Made by a program: the position numbers and the translations under genes. This document shows, piece after piece, positions 47,357 through 58,306 of a stretch of DNA of 64,000 nucleotides. Each line of letters opens with the position of its first letter. Position 1 is the first letter of the stretch. The stretch comes from a virus. Its lineage: Duplodnaviria; Caudoviricetes. The notes under the pieces were generated by a model. That model worked only from the letters and a program-made list of their open reading frames with translations. It was not told the DNA's origin and did no database searches. The DNA lies in the IMG/VR virus record IMGVR_UViG_3300046171_000068, positions 461-64,460 of that record; one strand, written 5' to 3'.

Positions 47357-50300
47357 TTGGCAGTAATAGATGTAAACTTAAACGAGTTTAAAAAAGATAA
47401 GAAAGGCGTTGATGTTGATTTAACAGATATATTAAATCAAGTGTCTCCAAGTAATTCATCATTGCTTAACGATAAAATAGAATCTCCTATTAGGTCAAAA
47501 AATGATGAAGCTAGTTTAGGTTTAATGGCTGGTGCTATAGGAACTGAAATAGCTATATCTGAAGCTGGAAGATTTGCTGGAGCTGCAGCTGCAGGTCCAT
47601 TAGGTTTTGTTATAGGCGGATTAACATCAGGTGCTTATGGTTCTTTGGTAGCACAAAGAATGATAGACCCTGATAATATATCTTATGGAAGAGTATTAGC
47701 TGATGCATTTATCAACTTAATTCCAGGCTCAAAGGCCGCAAAAGGAACACAAGCGGTAGCTGATGCTGTAGCTAGACAAGGTGCTGTTGGTGCTGGTATA
47801 GCTGCTGGTGGAGAAACAATACAGACAGCTTATGATGAAAAGAGATTACCAACAATAGATGAACTAACTGATGCTGGTATGACTGGTGCAGCTTTAGGTA
47901 CTGGATTAGGACTTACTGGTGTAATGTTCAATAGAGCATATTCTAAAATAGCTGGCTTACCTGAAAGAGATGTAACAAAGCTTATTGAAGAAAATGACCC
48001 TGACGTAAAAGGATTATATAACAATCTTTCAGAAGCAACCAAAAAAAACAGAACAGAGTTTCAACAAGACCTTGATAATAAATTATTAGATATAAGCGAA
48101 CAGTTTAGTGACGCAAGTGTTAGAACAAAAATTATACAAGATGAAGTTGCTGGCGGTCAATATACAAGCGAAAAAGGAATACTAAAAGTAAAAGGAAATG
48201 ATGAAGCTGATTATTATTTAAATAAAAGATTAGCTACAGCTAAAATAGATGCACAAACAAAAAAAATTGAAACAGAGGATGCATTAAGCGTTAAGTTTTT
48301 AGCGGAACAATCTATACATACAAAAAGAACTCCACAAGAATTATCAGAAAGTATCAATGATTACCTACATGCAAAACATGCATTATCTTACAATAAAAAT
48401 CTAGGTTTAGATGGAGCTGCTGGTAAGACTAAAGATGGTCTTACTATGACTAACGCACAAGCTAAAGCAATTATTGATAAATTTGAAAAAGCTAATTTAC
48501 ATAATGACTTAAAATTTTCTATAGATTTATTAAAAAATCAATCTAAAAGGATATTGGATATTGCTGTTGATGGCGGACTAATATCGACAAAACAAGCTAA
48601 TGACTGGAGAAAGGTATATCCTGACTATGTTCCTATGTATAGGATATTAGATGAGACTAATGTTCAAAAATACTTTAATCCTAGATTTGGAGGATTGAGT
48701 TCAGGTGAGGTTAAATCAACAGGATTCTTAAAAGAAAAAGGAGATGTAGATTTAGAAGTAAGTTCTATTAGACAAAATGTTTATGACAGTTTAACAGATG
48801 TTATTAGAAGGGCTGAAACAAACAAAGCAAACTTAGCATTTAAAAGATTACTAGACCAAAACAGAGATGTAGCTGACCAAATTGTTGCAGTTAATAAAGC
48901 AACAAAAGACCCATACTTTAAAGCAGACAATCTTGCAGATGATATTAAAAAAGATGATACAGCTTTTAGTATTTTTGAAAATGGTGAACAATTTATTGTT
49001 AAATTTAAAGATGCTAAATTAGCTAAAGCTTTTAAAGGTACGCCTAAAAAAGAAATGAATTCTGTTGTAGAATCTATATTTAATTTATCAAGTAATATCA
49101 ACAGATGGTTCGGGCAAGCATACACCAAACTTAACCCTGACTTTATCATTCCTAACTTATTTAGAGATAGAACAGAATCTGCTGTAAATAATATGAGAAA
49201 ACTTGGAGGTAAAGGAGGTAGAACTCTAGACCCTGTAAGAACCGCACAAGATTGGAATATTGTTAGAAAAAAACTTTTTGGCGGTAAAGCTGATAACGCA
49301 GACGAACAAAGAATATTTGATGAATATGATGAGTTTGTAAAAGAAGGCGGAAGCACAGGCGGTCTAGCAGCAACAACAATAAAAGAAGCAGACAAAGAAA
49401 TAGCAAATTTATCTAAAAGATTAGACTCTCCAGTAAGAAGAACTGCTGATTCATTTAGCAAGTTCATGGATAAAGTTAATGGAATATTTGAAGACTCTAC
49501 TAGATTTGGAACTTATAGATTAGCTATAGAAGCTGGCCTAAGTCCTAAACGTGCAGCATTAGCAGCAAGAGATTCATCATTTGACCCATTACTAGGTGGT
49601 ACAGATGTAGGAACATTAAGAGCATTATACTTGTTTGCTAACCCAGCATTACAAGGTATGAAACAATTTACACGCTCAATGTATAATAGCCCTAAAGTAA
49701 GATATGGAGTTTTGTCAGGTTTATTTGCAACTACATATTTACTAGATAATTGGAATTCTTTACAGGACCCTGAGTGGGAAGAAAAACTAAGAACAACATC
49801 GGGTAGTAATTGGCTTAAAAACAAAAACCTAGTTATCGTAACAGGTAAAGAAGAAGATGGTTCTTTAGATTATGTAACTATACCTATAGGTTATCCTTTA
49901 ATCCCATTTAAATACATGGCTGATGTGGCTCAGAAAATGAGTTTCTTACCTTCTTATGGGCAAGGAATTACTGCAAGTGCAGAAGAAATAGCAAATGAAG
50001 CAAGGTCTGAATTAGTAGACGCATACAACCCTATAGGTGCTAGTTTATGGCCAACACCACTAAGGTCAGTTATTGAAGTTATGCAAAACAAAGATGGTTT
50101 AGGTAGAACTATTAGACCTGAATGGTTAGAAGCTAAGAATATGTCTGCGGTAGAAAAAGTTTATCCATGGACAATGCAAACGCAAGGCGGTGAATTAGCT
50201 TTTGCTCTTGCAGAAACATTAGAAGGAATGGGCTGGGAAACATCACCTGAAAACATTATTCATTACGCTAAGACTGTTACTGGTGGTCCTGGAGCAACAT

Positions 50301-50839
50301 TAAGTAAATTAATCAATATAGCTTCTAAAGTTAAAAACGGTAAAGAAATAGATAAAAGAGAAATTCCTATCGTTAGAAGATTCTTTGGTGATTCATATCA
50401 AGAAGCATTTGAACTAAGAGGTGGTCCAGCTACCAAGATAGAAGAGTTTGACTTTGAAGATGAAACATTAAAAGCTAGAGATTCTAGAATAGCATCACAA
50501 ATATATTCAGAGTATAAAGATAATCCTGAAAGAAGAGGAGATATATTAACAGAAGCTTTAGCTGATGGAAGAATAAATACTTCTATAGCTAAAAAACTTA
50601 TTAGAAAAGAAAAAGAAAGTAGACTTGGTATTACTTCCGCAGACAGAAGAGCAAAACAACTATCACTACCGAAACGAGTAGAATACCTGATAAGTGAAAT
50701 GGAAAAAATGGATATACCTACATTACAAAACTATATTATTGAGCAAAAGAAAAAAGGCATAATAACTAAAGATGTAATTAAATTATTAAAGCAAGATAAA
50801 AACTTTCAAAATATAAGACTAGGAAGGCCAGTAGAATGA
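47357..50839 (+). CDS. Large DNA ejection protein with LPD38-like domain
   Basis: Diverged homolog of 9352-12783; TTG start after AGGAG. Confidence 0.7.
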   Translation: MAVIDVNLNEFKKDKKGVDVDLTDILNQVSPSNSSLLNDKIESPIRSKNDEASLGLMAGAIGTEIAISEAGRFAGAAAAGPLGFVIGGLTSGAYGSLVAQRMIDPDNISYGRVLADAFINLIPGSKAAKGTQAVADAVARQGAVGAGIAAGGETIQTAYDEKRLPTIDELTDAGMTGAALGTGLGLTGVMFNRAYSKIAGLPERDVTKLIEENDPDVKGLYNNLSEATKKNRTEFQQDLDNKLLDISEQFSDASVRTKIIQDEVAGGQYTSEKGILKVKGNDEADYYLNKRLATAKIDAQTKKIETEDALSVKFLAEQSIHTKRTPQELSESINDYLHAKHALSYNKNLGLDGAAGKTKDGLTMTNAQAKAIIDKFEKANLHNDLKFSIDLLKNQSKRILDIAVDGGLISTKQANDWRKVYPDYVPMYRILDETNVQKYFNPRFGGLSSGEVKSTGFLKEKGDVDLEVSSIRQNVYDSLTDVIRRAETNKANLAFKRLLDQNRDVADQIVAVNKATKDPYFKADNLADDIKKDDTAFSIFENGEQFIVKFKDAKLAKAFKGTPKKEMNSVVESIFNLSSNINRWFGQAYTKLNPDFIIPNLFRDRTESAVNNMRKLGGKGGRTLDPVRTAQDWNIVRKKLFGGKADNADEQRIFDEYDEFVKEGGSTGGLAATTIKEADKEIANLSKRLDSPVRRTADSFSKFMDKVNGIFEDSTRFGTYRLAIEAGLSPKRAALAARDSSFDPLLGGTDVGTLRALYLFANPALQGMKQFTRSMYNSPKVRYGVLSGLFATTYLLDNWNSLQDPEWEEKLRTTSGSNWLKNKNLVIVTGKEEDGSLDYVTIPIGYPLIPFKYMADVAQKMSFLPSYGQGITASAEEIANEARSELVDAYNPIGASLWPTPLRSVIEVMQNKDGLGRTIRPEWLEAKNMSAVEKVYPWTMQTQGGELAFALAETLEGMGWETSPENIIHYAKTVTGGPGATLSKLINIASKVKNGKEIDKREIPIVRRFFGDSYQEAFELRGGPATKIEEFDFEDETLKARDSRIASQIYSEYKDNPERRGDILTEALADGRINTSIAKKLIRKEKESRLGITSADRRAKQLSLPKRVEYLISEMEKMDIPTLQNYIIEQKKKGIITKDVIKLLKQDKNFQNIRLGRPVE

Positions 50840-51270
50840 TACCGTTTGAAGTCATTACAATGCTTGGTTCTAGTTTATTTACTGGTTTACTTTCTATATG
50901 GTCACAAAAATCTAAAGACGCAGCAGACCAACAAAAGTATCTTATGCAAAGAGCAGAGATAAATCGTGCATCAGTAGAAGATGCAAGAAAAGATAACAGT
51001 CAATATCAATCTACAACAAGAAGATGGATGGCATTATTAGCTGTGTTCTTTATTATCTGTTTACCTAAACTAGCAGTATTCTTAGACCCATCAGTACAAG
51101 TACATCTTATGTATCTTGAACAAGTTAAAGAGGGTTGGTGGATATTCGGCAGTATAGAAGAAGTTACAACATTTCAAGGAATATCAGGTGTAGTTATTAC
51201 TACAGCAGACACACATTTTTTAGCAGCGATATCAGGATTCTATTTCGGTTCTGCTGCAACAAGAAGATAA
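50836..51270 (+). CDS. Membrane protein, holin-like
   Basis: Same protein as 12780-13214. Confidence 0.55.
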   Translation: MIPFEVITMLGSSLFTGLLSIWSQKSKDAADQQKYLMQRAEINRASVEDARKDNSQYQSTTRRWMALLAVFFIICLPKLAVFLDPSVQVHLMYLEQVKEGWWIFGSIEEVTTFQGISGVVITTADTHFLAAISGFYFGSAATRR

Positions 51271-51271
51271 C

Positions 51272-51517
51272 ATGGTAGCAAAAAGATATCAAAGCAAAAC
51301 TGGTGGATTAAATGAAGCAGGAAGAAAACATTTTAAACGTACTACAGGTGCTAATTTAAAAAGACCTGTAACAGGTAAAGTAAAGCCAGGTTCTAAAGCA
51401 GCAAAAAGACGTGCAAGTTTTTGTGCAAGAATGTCTGGTGTTAAAGGTCCTATGAAAGACTCTAAAGGAAGACCAACTCGTAAAGCACTAGCACTTCGTA
51501 AATGGAAATGCCGATGA
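51272..51517 (+). CDS. DUF6321-like basic protein
   Basis: Homolog of 13216-13464. Confidence 0.65.
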   Translation: MVAKRYQSKTGGLNEAGRKHFKRTTGANLKRPVTGKVKPGSKAAKRRASFCARMSGVKGPMKDSKGRPTRKALALRKWKCR

Positions 51518-52128
51518 ATAGAATTTATCTAGCACTTGTTATCATAATTGTACTAATTTTAGGTTACGCAATAGAAGATGCTGTATCAGATACTAGTAGC
51601 ACAGGTGCTACAACCAACACGCAGAGTCATACAGGTTCAGGAAGTAACACAACCATAAGTGGGGGATATTCACAAGAGACAACCAATACATATTCAGGTG
51701 GACAAACTAATACCACAACTAATTCTACAACTAATAATTCTAATCAAGAGACTGCTGTAAACTCTGCAACAGCACCATCAATGTCAGTATATGGTCAAGA
51801 TAGTTGTGTTATACCCCTTTCTATTGGGATGACTGTTATTGGCTTTAGCACATCTATGGGGACTTATTATCACGATATGGAGTGTGAACGCAGAAAAAAA
51901 GCTAAACTACTTAATGGTTTAGGTATGAAAGTCGCAGCAATATCATTGATGTGCCAAGACAAGTCTGTTTGGAAATCTATGATGGATGCAGGTACACCAT
52001 GTCCTATAGATGGATTAATTGGGGAACAAGCTAAACAACGATGGGATGAACTAGGTAATGAAAAAGTTTTTGATTCTGTTAATGCTACCTCTAGTGGCAA
52101 ATTCAGACACCACAGAAAATCTCCTTAA
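51514..52128 (+). CDS. Membrane-anchored Cys-containing protein
   Basis: Homolog of 13457-14068. Confidence 0.65.
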   Translation: MNRIYLALVIIIVLILGYAIEDAVSDTSSTGATTNTQSHTGSGSNTTISGGYSQETTNTYSGGQTNTTTNSTTNNSNQETAVNSATAPSMSVYGQDSCVIPLSIGMTVIGFSTSMGTYYHDMECERRKKAKLLNGLGMKVAAISLMCQDKSVWKSMMDAGTPCPIDGLIGEQAKQRWDELGNEKVFDSVNATSSGKFRHHRKSP

Positions 52129-53179
52129 TCAAGATTTCAGCACATGGTCTGGAACAAATAAAGCTAGACATGGTAACGATACAGTTGCAGGTGTTCATGG
52201 GCAATATGTAGAGTCCACTATATCACTCAACAATGATGCAGGTTTATCTAAAGAAGTTATTAATAATGGATTTACATCTACAGCAGGTGCAGATGTTTGG
52301 TTCTGGAATAGTTTAGAACAAAATGTAACTATTACACAAACATTAACAGATGATAATGGTAATGTAACAACACAATCTAGGACTATAGATAATGATGGTT
52401 GTTATTTCTGCACACATACCGATTCAATTATTGTAGATAAAAACTCACAACAAGATTACAACATAACTGTTAAATATAGTTTTGAAGAATCAAGTCAATC
52501 TGCCTATCATGTAGGTGCTGATATTAAAAACCCAACTCTATATATCGAATATGACCCTGTAGTTATAGATGCAACAACACAATCAGAGATTGCAGAGATA
52601 TACGAAGATATAGTTGAAGTAACATTCGAACCTGACTTCGAAGTTTCTTCGTACAATGAACCCATAATAAACGAAGTTGTCATCGAAGAAACCTTTGTAG
52701 AAACATTCGAAGAACCTACAGTTGAAGAACAATTTATAGAAGATACAATAGTCTTATCTAACGAAATTATAGAGGAAGAAATCTATGAAGAAGAAGTTGT
52801 CGAAGAAACAGAAAGAGATACGAGAGTGGGTGAAGATACAGGAGGAGCTGTCGAAACAGAATCAGCAGGAGTATCTGAAAGCACACAAGACAACAGTAGG
52901 AGTTTTGAAACCGAACTAACAATAGAAGAAATATCTATAAAGGTAGCAGAAAAGATAAAAACAATAGATGGTCAGCTTAAAGCAGTACAAATACTAACTG
53001 CTAAAGCTATGCAAAAACCAAGCAAGATTAATAAATATGCACAAGTAAACTCAGACATATTTATACAACCTGAATTACAAAGTATTGATATAGGCACATA
53101 CACAAATAGCACCTATGTCGATATTAGAGACATTTACCCAAATCAAACTTACGAGGACAGACTATGGACATCAAGGTAA
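52058..53179 (+). CDS. Exported protein with acidic linker
   Basis: Homolog of 13998-15209. Confidence 0.65.
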   Translation: MKKFLILLMLPLVANSDTTENLLNQDFSTWSGTNKARHGNDTVAGVHGQYVESTISLNNDAGLSKEVINNGFTSTAGADVWFWNSLEQNVTITQTLTDDNGNVTTQSRTIDNDGCYFCTHTDSIIVDKNSQQDYNITVKYSFEESSQSAYHVGADIKNPTLYIEYDPVVIDATTQSEIAEIYEDIVEVTFEPDFEVSSYNEPIINEVVIEETFVETFEEPTVEEQFIEDTIVLSNEIIEEEIYEEEVVEETERDTRVGEDTGGAVETESAGVSESTQDNSRSFETELTIEEISIKVAEKIKTIDGQLKAVQILTAKAMQKPSKINKYAQVNSDIFIQPELQSIDIGTYTNSTYVDIRDIYPNQTYEDRLWTSR

Positions 53180-53370
53180 TTGCAGGGATACTAGGTATAG
53201 CTATCAGTCTTGGTAGTCTATTTGTTTTCCAAGGTCAATTAATTCAAAGGGTTGAGGTGCTAGAATCTAAATCAGTACCTGATATTACACCTTTAGAAAA
53301 AGAATTATCAATATTAAAAACTCAGGTAGAGGACTTAAAAGCTAGAAATAGCAATCCTTTAATGAGATGA
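53164..53370 (+). CDS. Small TM + coiled-coil protein
   Basis: Homolog of 15191-15397. Confidence 0.6.
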   Translation: MDIKVIAGILGIAISLGSLFVFQGQLIQRVEVLESKSVPDITPLEKELSILKTQVEDLKARNSNPLMR

Positions 53371-53495
53371 TAAAGATAATTAAGTTCTTATTAAGTAAGG
53401 TAAGAACGAAATATCTAAGACCTGAAATATCAGTCTTAGAGTTTATACTAATATTAGTTATGTCGTACTACATCACAAGATGGATGTTCGCTTAG
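53367..53495 (+). CDS. 42-aa membrane protein
   Basis: Homolog of 15394-15522. Confidence 0.6.
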   Translation: MIKIIKFLLSKVRTKYLRPEISVLEFILILVMSYYITRWMFA

Positions 53496-53512
53496 ACTAA
53501 TAGGAGATAACT

Positions 53513-53722
53513 ATGAGTGCAAATATACCTTATACAAAAAGGGAAATGCAAATCATCAAAGCAATCCATGCGATAGACCCAGGGGCAGAAATCAGCATAA
53601 AGTCAAGGATTAATAATAGACTTGATTATAAATATGGTGGTATAGTGTTCTTAAACTGTGAAGCAATAACTTGGGATGAAGTTATGGATAAGATTGATGA
53701 AGAAGAAAGAAGACCTTATTAA
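53513..53722 (+). CDS. Hypothetical protein
   Basis: Homolog of 15540-15749. Confidence 0.6.
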   Translation: MSANIPYTKREMQIIKAIHAIDPGAEISIKSRINNRLDYKYGGIVFLNCEAITWDEVMDKIDEEERRPY

Positions 53723-53921
53723 TCGGCCAAGTCATTATACTAAAGGTATAGAGACAATCGAATACATCAGGTCCTGGGATATGGATTATGTTCGTGGGAA
53801 CATCGTGAAATACGTTACCCGATTCCCTTACAAAGGCACACCTATACAAGACTTAGAGAAAGCTAAGTGGTATCTCGAATATTTAATTACACAGGAAAAA
53901 AAACATGCCAAGCACAAATAG
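53676..53921 (+). CDS. DUF3310 protein
   Basis: Homolog of 15703-15936. Confidence 0.85.
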   Translation: MKLWIRLMKKKEDLINRPSHYTKGIETIEYIRSWDMDYVRGNIVKYVTRFPYKGTPIQDLEKAKWYLEYLITQEKKHAKHK

Positions 53922-54933
53922 GTCTAGCATATCGCTAGCCACAGCACATGACATCGTAAGAGCCTGGAACCTGCCAGGAATGAAAAAACAAAAAGACGTT
54001 TTTGAATATCTAGGATTATCTACAGATTCAGGAACAATGTCTTTTTACAGACAGCAAGCAGAAGAATTAACTGGCGTAAGATTAGCTCCGCATTCAGATG
54101 GAAACTGTAATGAGATTATTAGAATAGAAAGGGCAAACTTACCACCACTAACTAATCATGTAAAAATAACTAACACTCCATATTGTATGTTGGTATTTAG
54201 TGATGCACATTTTGAAGGACACGAAACAGTATCTTTTAAAATTATGTGCGAGGTGTTAAAAGATTTACTTAAAACAAGACAACTTAAATTAGTTGTAGCT
54301 AATGGTGATATTATGGATTTATCTATTCTATCTTCGTTTGCAAAGTTTCACACAGAGATAAGGCCAAAAGAAAGAACAGTACAAAAAGAGATTTATGATT
54401 CTCAAGCTCAAATAAATAAAATACAAAAGATTATTGATAAAGCTAAATATCCTGTAAAACAAATAGCAACCTTCGGTAATCATGAAACTAGATTATCTAA
54501 AGTAGCTATGTCTTGGGGTAGAGCATTTGAAGATTTAGAAGCATTTAAAATACAAAGTTTATTTCCTGACTGGGAATGGGCAATGTCACACCTAGTTGAT
54601 GATACTGTAATGATTAAACACAGAATGAGAGGTGGCGTACATACCGCTTATCAAAACGCTATGCGTGGTGGAATACATATTGTAACAGGCCACACACATC
54701 AATTAAATGCTAGAACATTTAATACTTATTCAACTACATCAATGGCAATACAAACAGGACATTTGTCAGAAGCATATCATCCATACTTAGAAGACAATGT
54801 AGCTAATGATTGGAATAACGGATTTGCTGTTATTACTGTAGACCCAAAAGAAAAGACAGTTCATCCTGAATTAGTACAGGTTAGTAACTATCACAGGTCA
54901 GCATTCTTTAGAGGTAAAAAATATACAGTATGA
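53905..54933 (+). CDS. Calcineurin-like metallophosphoesterase (different subfamily from copy A)
   Basis: SDAH, NGDIMD, GNHE, KH, GHTH motifs. Confidence 0.8.
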   Translation: MPSTNRSSISLATAHDIVRAWNLPGMKKQKDVFEYLGLSTDSGTMSFYRQQAEELTGVRLAPHSDGNCNEIIRIERANLPPLTNHVKITNTPYCMLVFSDAHFEGHETVSFKIMCEVLKDLLKTRQLKLVVANGDIMDLSILSSFAKFHTEIRPKERTVQKEIYDSQAQINKIQKIIDKAKYPVKQIATFGNHETRLSKVAMSWGRAFEDLEAFKIQSLFPDWEWAMSHLVDDTVMIKHRMRGGVHTAYQNAMRGGIHIVTGHTHQLNARTFNTYSTTSMAIQTGHLSEAYHPYLEDNVANDWNNGFAVITVDPKEKTVHPELVQVSNYHRSAFFRGKKYTV

Positions 54934-55241
54934 AACCAAAACTAGTAGTGATAAATTGGGAAGACGCAATCACCCCAACATCAGGGTGGACAAATATAAA
55001 AGAATTAGAAAACGATTTAGCCGATTGTATATCAATCGGATTAGTCGTTGAAGAAAACGACAAAACTATAACTCTTGTCAGTCACATCTCAGGAAGTGAT
55101 ACACAAGTAGATATAGACGGGAGTCTCGTATTGGATAAGTCTTGGATTAAATATAGAAAAGACTTACCTCTACCTAAAGAGACAATTAATAAATTAAAGA
55201 TATGGTTATTGGAGAACGCAGATGCCCAAAAGAATAGATAG
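54930..55241 (+). CDS. Conserved phage hypothetical protein
   Basis: Homolog of 17009-17320. Confidence 0.65.
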   Translation: MKPKLVVINWEDAITPTSGWTNIKELENDLADCISIGLVVEENDKTITLVSHISGSDTQVDIDGSLVLDKSWIKYRKDLPLPKETINKLKIWLLENADAQKNR

Positions 55242-55716
55242 AGAAAAAGAATTAAAATTTATAGAGTATTACACAGAAGGTGATACAGCTGGAAACGCAT
55301 CAGCTAGTGCAGCTAAAGCTGGATGGAAAGATGATTCTAGACAGATGGGCTACTATCTTAAAAACAAATATGTTGCCGAAATCAAACAAAAGAATGAAGA
55401 GCGTATAGCATCTACATCAGGACTCGCAATATCTGTATTACAAAACCTATTACATTCCGAGCAAGACAATGTCAGACTCAATACAGCAAAATTAGTTTTA
55501 GAGATGGGTGGTTTTAGTTCTCAGAATATAAATCTAAATGTAGAGAAAGGACAAAATAAAACTGACGAGGAGCTAATAGAAGAGTTACAAGGCCTAGTTA
55601 GCAAGATTCCTGCTCTAAAACCTAAGTTAGCAGCAATTAAGGACCACACAGAAGAGGAAAAGGTTGAACAGCCTTCAGAAGCTTCTGAGATAGACGAGAA
55701 GAGACTTACGCATTAG
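55222..55716 (+). CDS. terS: Terminase small subunit
   Basis: Homolog of 17301-17792. Confidence 0.7.
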   Translation: MPKRIDREKELKFIEYYTEGDTAGNASASAAKAGWKDDSRQMGYYLKNKYVAEIKQKNEERIASTSGLAISVLQNLLHSEQDNVRLNTAKLVLEMGGFSSQNINLNVEKGQNKTDEELIEELQGLVSKIPALKPKLAAIKDHTEEEKVEQPSEASEIDEKRLTH

Positions 55717-55789
55717 TGGGTTATAATCGTACCAGGTACCTTAATTAAATTGGATTACGGGCATTCTAGAGCCTGTTTTTTTTCATTAA

Positions 55790-56662
55790 TTATTTTTTAT
55801 TATAATTTTTACAGGCTTCGCTAAAGGTTTCTATAAATTCGTAAAATTTTACACCTAACGACCCATAAGAACATCCTTTTGGATGTTTTTTAGCTAACTT
55901 TATCAAACATTCTATTGCTTCCATCTTATCTCTTTTATTATCAAACTGTCTCATAAAGCAACCAAGGTCTGAAGACAAGGCATAAAGCTCAGAATCCCCA
56001 AAATATGAAACTCTATTTCTTACAACACCTCTTAAGTACCCTTTCCTTTTTTCATAATCTGTTGTTTCTGTGTGATAAATAACAGTATTTATAAATCTTT
56101 CTATAACTTCTTTTTTTTCTTCAAAAGTTTCTTTTTCAACAATTTGTTCTAAGATATTTTCTGATGTATCTATTGATTCATATATTCTTTCTATAGAATG
56201 TTTTTCTGTTAATCTTTTTATAGTATTTAACCCGACTTTATTAATCTTTATTGTTAATCCATATTCAGAAAATAATTTTTCCATAAATTTTTTTATCTTT
56301 GTTGGAATAAAATTTTTAGATTTTAATTTTTTTTCTTGTTTTTCTAAATCTTTCTGTATCTTTAGTTTTTCTTCTTGTAATTTTTTTATGGTTTTCTTTT
56401 TTGTTTCTAGTATTTTTATTTCACCAGGCATCTTATCTGATTTACCTTGATTACATGTTTCGCAAGTGGCTCTTAAATTAGAGAATTCTGATTTGCCTCC
56501 ATGTTTTACAGGAATTATATGGTCGATTACCAGCTTAACATCAGGGGCTTTAGCTCCGCAATCACAACAAGTAAAGTTATCTCTTACTAAAACGTCATGC
56601 CTTAACCCAGGCCTAATGTATCTTGGATTACTTTTATTCATCTCCAATCTTAGATAAAGCAC
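55790..56662 (-). CDS. HNH endonuclease
   Basis: Homolog of 17866-18738. Confidence 0.85.
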   Translation of the reverse strand: MLYLRLEMNKSNPRYIRPGLRHDVLVRDNFTCCDCGAKAPDVKLVIDHIIPVKHGGKSEFSNLRATCETCNQGKSDKMPGEIKILETKKKTIKKLQEEKLKIQKDLEKQEKKLKSKNFIPTKIKKFMEKLFSEYGLTIKINKVGLNTIKRLTEKHSIERIYESIDTSENILEQIVEKETFEEKKEVIERFINTVIYHTETTDYEKRKGYLRGVVRNRVSYFGDSELYALSSDLGCFMRQFDNKRDKMEAIECLIKLAKKHPKGCSYGSLGVKFYEFIETFSEACKNYNKK

Positions 56663-57176
56663 TATTCTCTATATCCTTTATCTTTTCTAAAACTTTCATA
56701 TATTGTTTTTTAAATTCCATATAACCTTTCTTGTCATATCCCATAATTTCATATCGATTATTATCATCATATATAAATTGTCCAGTACCCTGGCAATGTT
56801 CACACTTCACAATCTTATCACCACTAGTAACCGAACCTCTGCCTAAACAAAAAGGACACACATTATCCATAACTTCAGAGATGGCAAGATTAACAAATGC
56901 ACGCACCAATAACTTATCACTAGATACTAGTTTATCTTTTTTATCCTTAATAAATATATCAGCACAATCTATAAATATATCGTCAAAGAACATTGCTCTT
57001 GCGTAATTGTTATCTGTGTACTTTGCTATGAGAAAATCATATTCTTCTGTGGTCAATCCCCTACTCCCTAAAAATGCAGCTATATCCTGTGGGGTAATAG
57101 CATCGTGGTTCGCAGAAGATGATACCTCATAATTCATAGATTTGGCAGTTAAAAGTGTTAATAATTCAACTTTCAT
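56634..57176 (-). CDS. Q-like antiterminator (Zn finger)
   Basis: Homolog of 18710-19252. Confidence 0.55.
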   Translation of the reverse strand: MKVELLTLLTAKSMNYEVSSSANHDAITPQDIAAFLGSRGLTTEEYDFLIAKYTDNNYARAMFFDDIFIDCADIFIKDKKDKLVSSDKLLVRAFVNLAISEVMDNVCPFCLGRGSVTSGDKIVKCEHCQGTGQFIYDDNNRYEIMGYDKKGYMEFKKQYMKVLEKIKDIENSALSKIGDE

Positions 57177-57465
57177 TCTCTCTCTCCTGTAATCTTTTCT
57201 TTTCTGTTGCGGAACGAGATGTAAGGTATTGTAAATATTTTTCTCCATCTTTTTGATATCTCTCAATCATGTACACTTGCATGGCGTAAGAAACGCCCCA
57301 AGGAAAACTACTATCACTTTCTTGATGTGGCTTAGGCAAACTGTCTTCTATCTTATATAGTATACTTCTTTCTTCGCTAGTAAATCTAGTAGACGATTTA
57401 ACAAGAGCGTGCCAATAAATTCTGTCATTACTAATTCCATTCTTAGCCCAATACTTTTTACTCAT
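57166..57465 (-). CDS. Hypothetical protein
   Basis: Homolog of 19242-19541. Confidence 0.6.
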   Translation of the reverse strand: MSKKYWAKNGISNDRIYWHALVKSSTRFTSEERSILYKIEDSLPKPHQESDSSFPWGVSYAMQVYMIERYQKDGEKYLQYLTSRSATEKKRLQERENES

Positions 57466-57694
57466 CAGCTTTCCATATTCTATATTTATCTCTAGCTAAT
57501 GTTCTATATCTACATGGTAAACTATTCTTCCATGCATACCTTCTAACAGAATCTACGACATTATAATCATATACAACAAAAGACTCTCCTTCTTTCATTG
57601 ATATAAAAGCATCAACATATTCTTTATACTTCCATGGCCTTCCACCCTGTTTACCAGGCACAGGAATATTATTATCTATTTTTATTTCTTGCAT
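57458..57694 (-). CDS. Small putative DNA-binding protein
   Basis: Homolog of 19534-19770. Confidence 0.55.
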   Translation of the reverse strand: MQEIKIDNNIPVPGKQGGRPWKYKEYVDAFISMKEGESFVVYDYNVVDSVRRYAWKNSLPCRYRTLARDKYRIWKADE

Positions 57695-58077
57695 CTTTTG
57701 CCAATGTTTAATAAAAACTCTTGAAATAAATCTACTTTAATTTCTTTATGTTTTTTGTTTGGTTTTTTATCATCAGAAACTCTTTGCTCATCTACTCTTT
57801 TTTCTATTGGCATTCCATGTAATATCTTTAGTGCATCTACAGGCTTTTTAACAATGTAATACCATTTATAAAACTTTTTTCTAAACTGATACATGCCATC
57901 AGTAATTAAATTGTTCTCAACCAAGAACTTAAACATAGCTATTCTGCCATTGTAATTACAAATGATATCTATAAGACAGTCATCGCCTTTGGTAAAGTGA
58001 ACTATAACTCCTTTATCAGTTAAGTTTTTCTTTACAGACTTCTTTAAACTCTCGAAGTAGTTCTTGTTGTCTTCCAA
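57682..58077 (-). CDS. VRR-NUC-like protein, degenerate
   Basis: Homolog of 19758-20153. Confidence 0.4.
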   Translation of the reverse strand: MEDNKNYFESLKKSVKKNLTDKGVIVHFTKGDDCLIDIICNYNGRIAMFKFLVENNLITDGMYQFRKKFYKWYYIVKKPVDALKILHGMPIEKRVDEQRVSDDKKPNKKHKEIKVDLFQEFLLNIGKRCKK

Positions 58078-58306
58078 ATTTATCCTCCCATGTACGGGTT
58101 CCTAGAGTGTGTATACCCTCTCCTCCTTGATGATGATGATGACAAAGTGGTATAAAGTCATCACTTTTCAACGCCATGCCAGCACCAGTTATGTGATGAA
58201 TGCATGGTTGAGTATACACACCATATTTATTCTTACATACAATACAGCCATAATCGACAGCCAGTTCATATAATCGTCTTGTAGCTTTATTAGGTTTCTT
58301 CGCCAT
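58016..58306 (-). CDS. Ref/DUF968-like nuclease
   Basis: Same protein as 20092-20382. Confidence 0.75.
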   Translation of the reverse strand: MAKKPNKATRRLYELAVDYGCIVCKNKYGVYTQPCIHHITGAGMALKSDDFIPLCHHHHQGGEGIHTLGTRTWEDKFGRQQELLREFKEVCKEKLN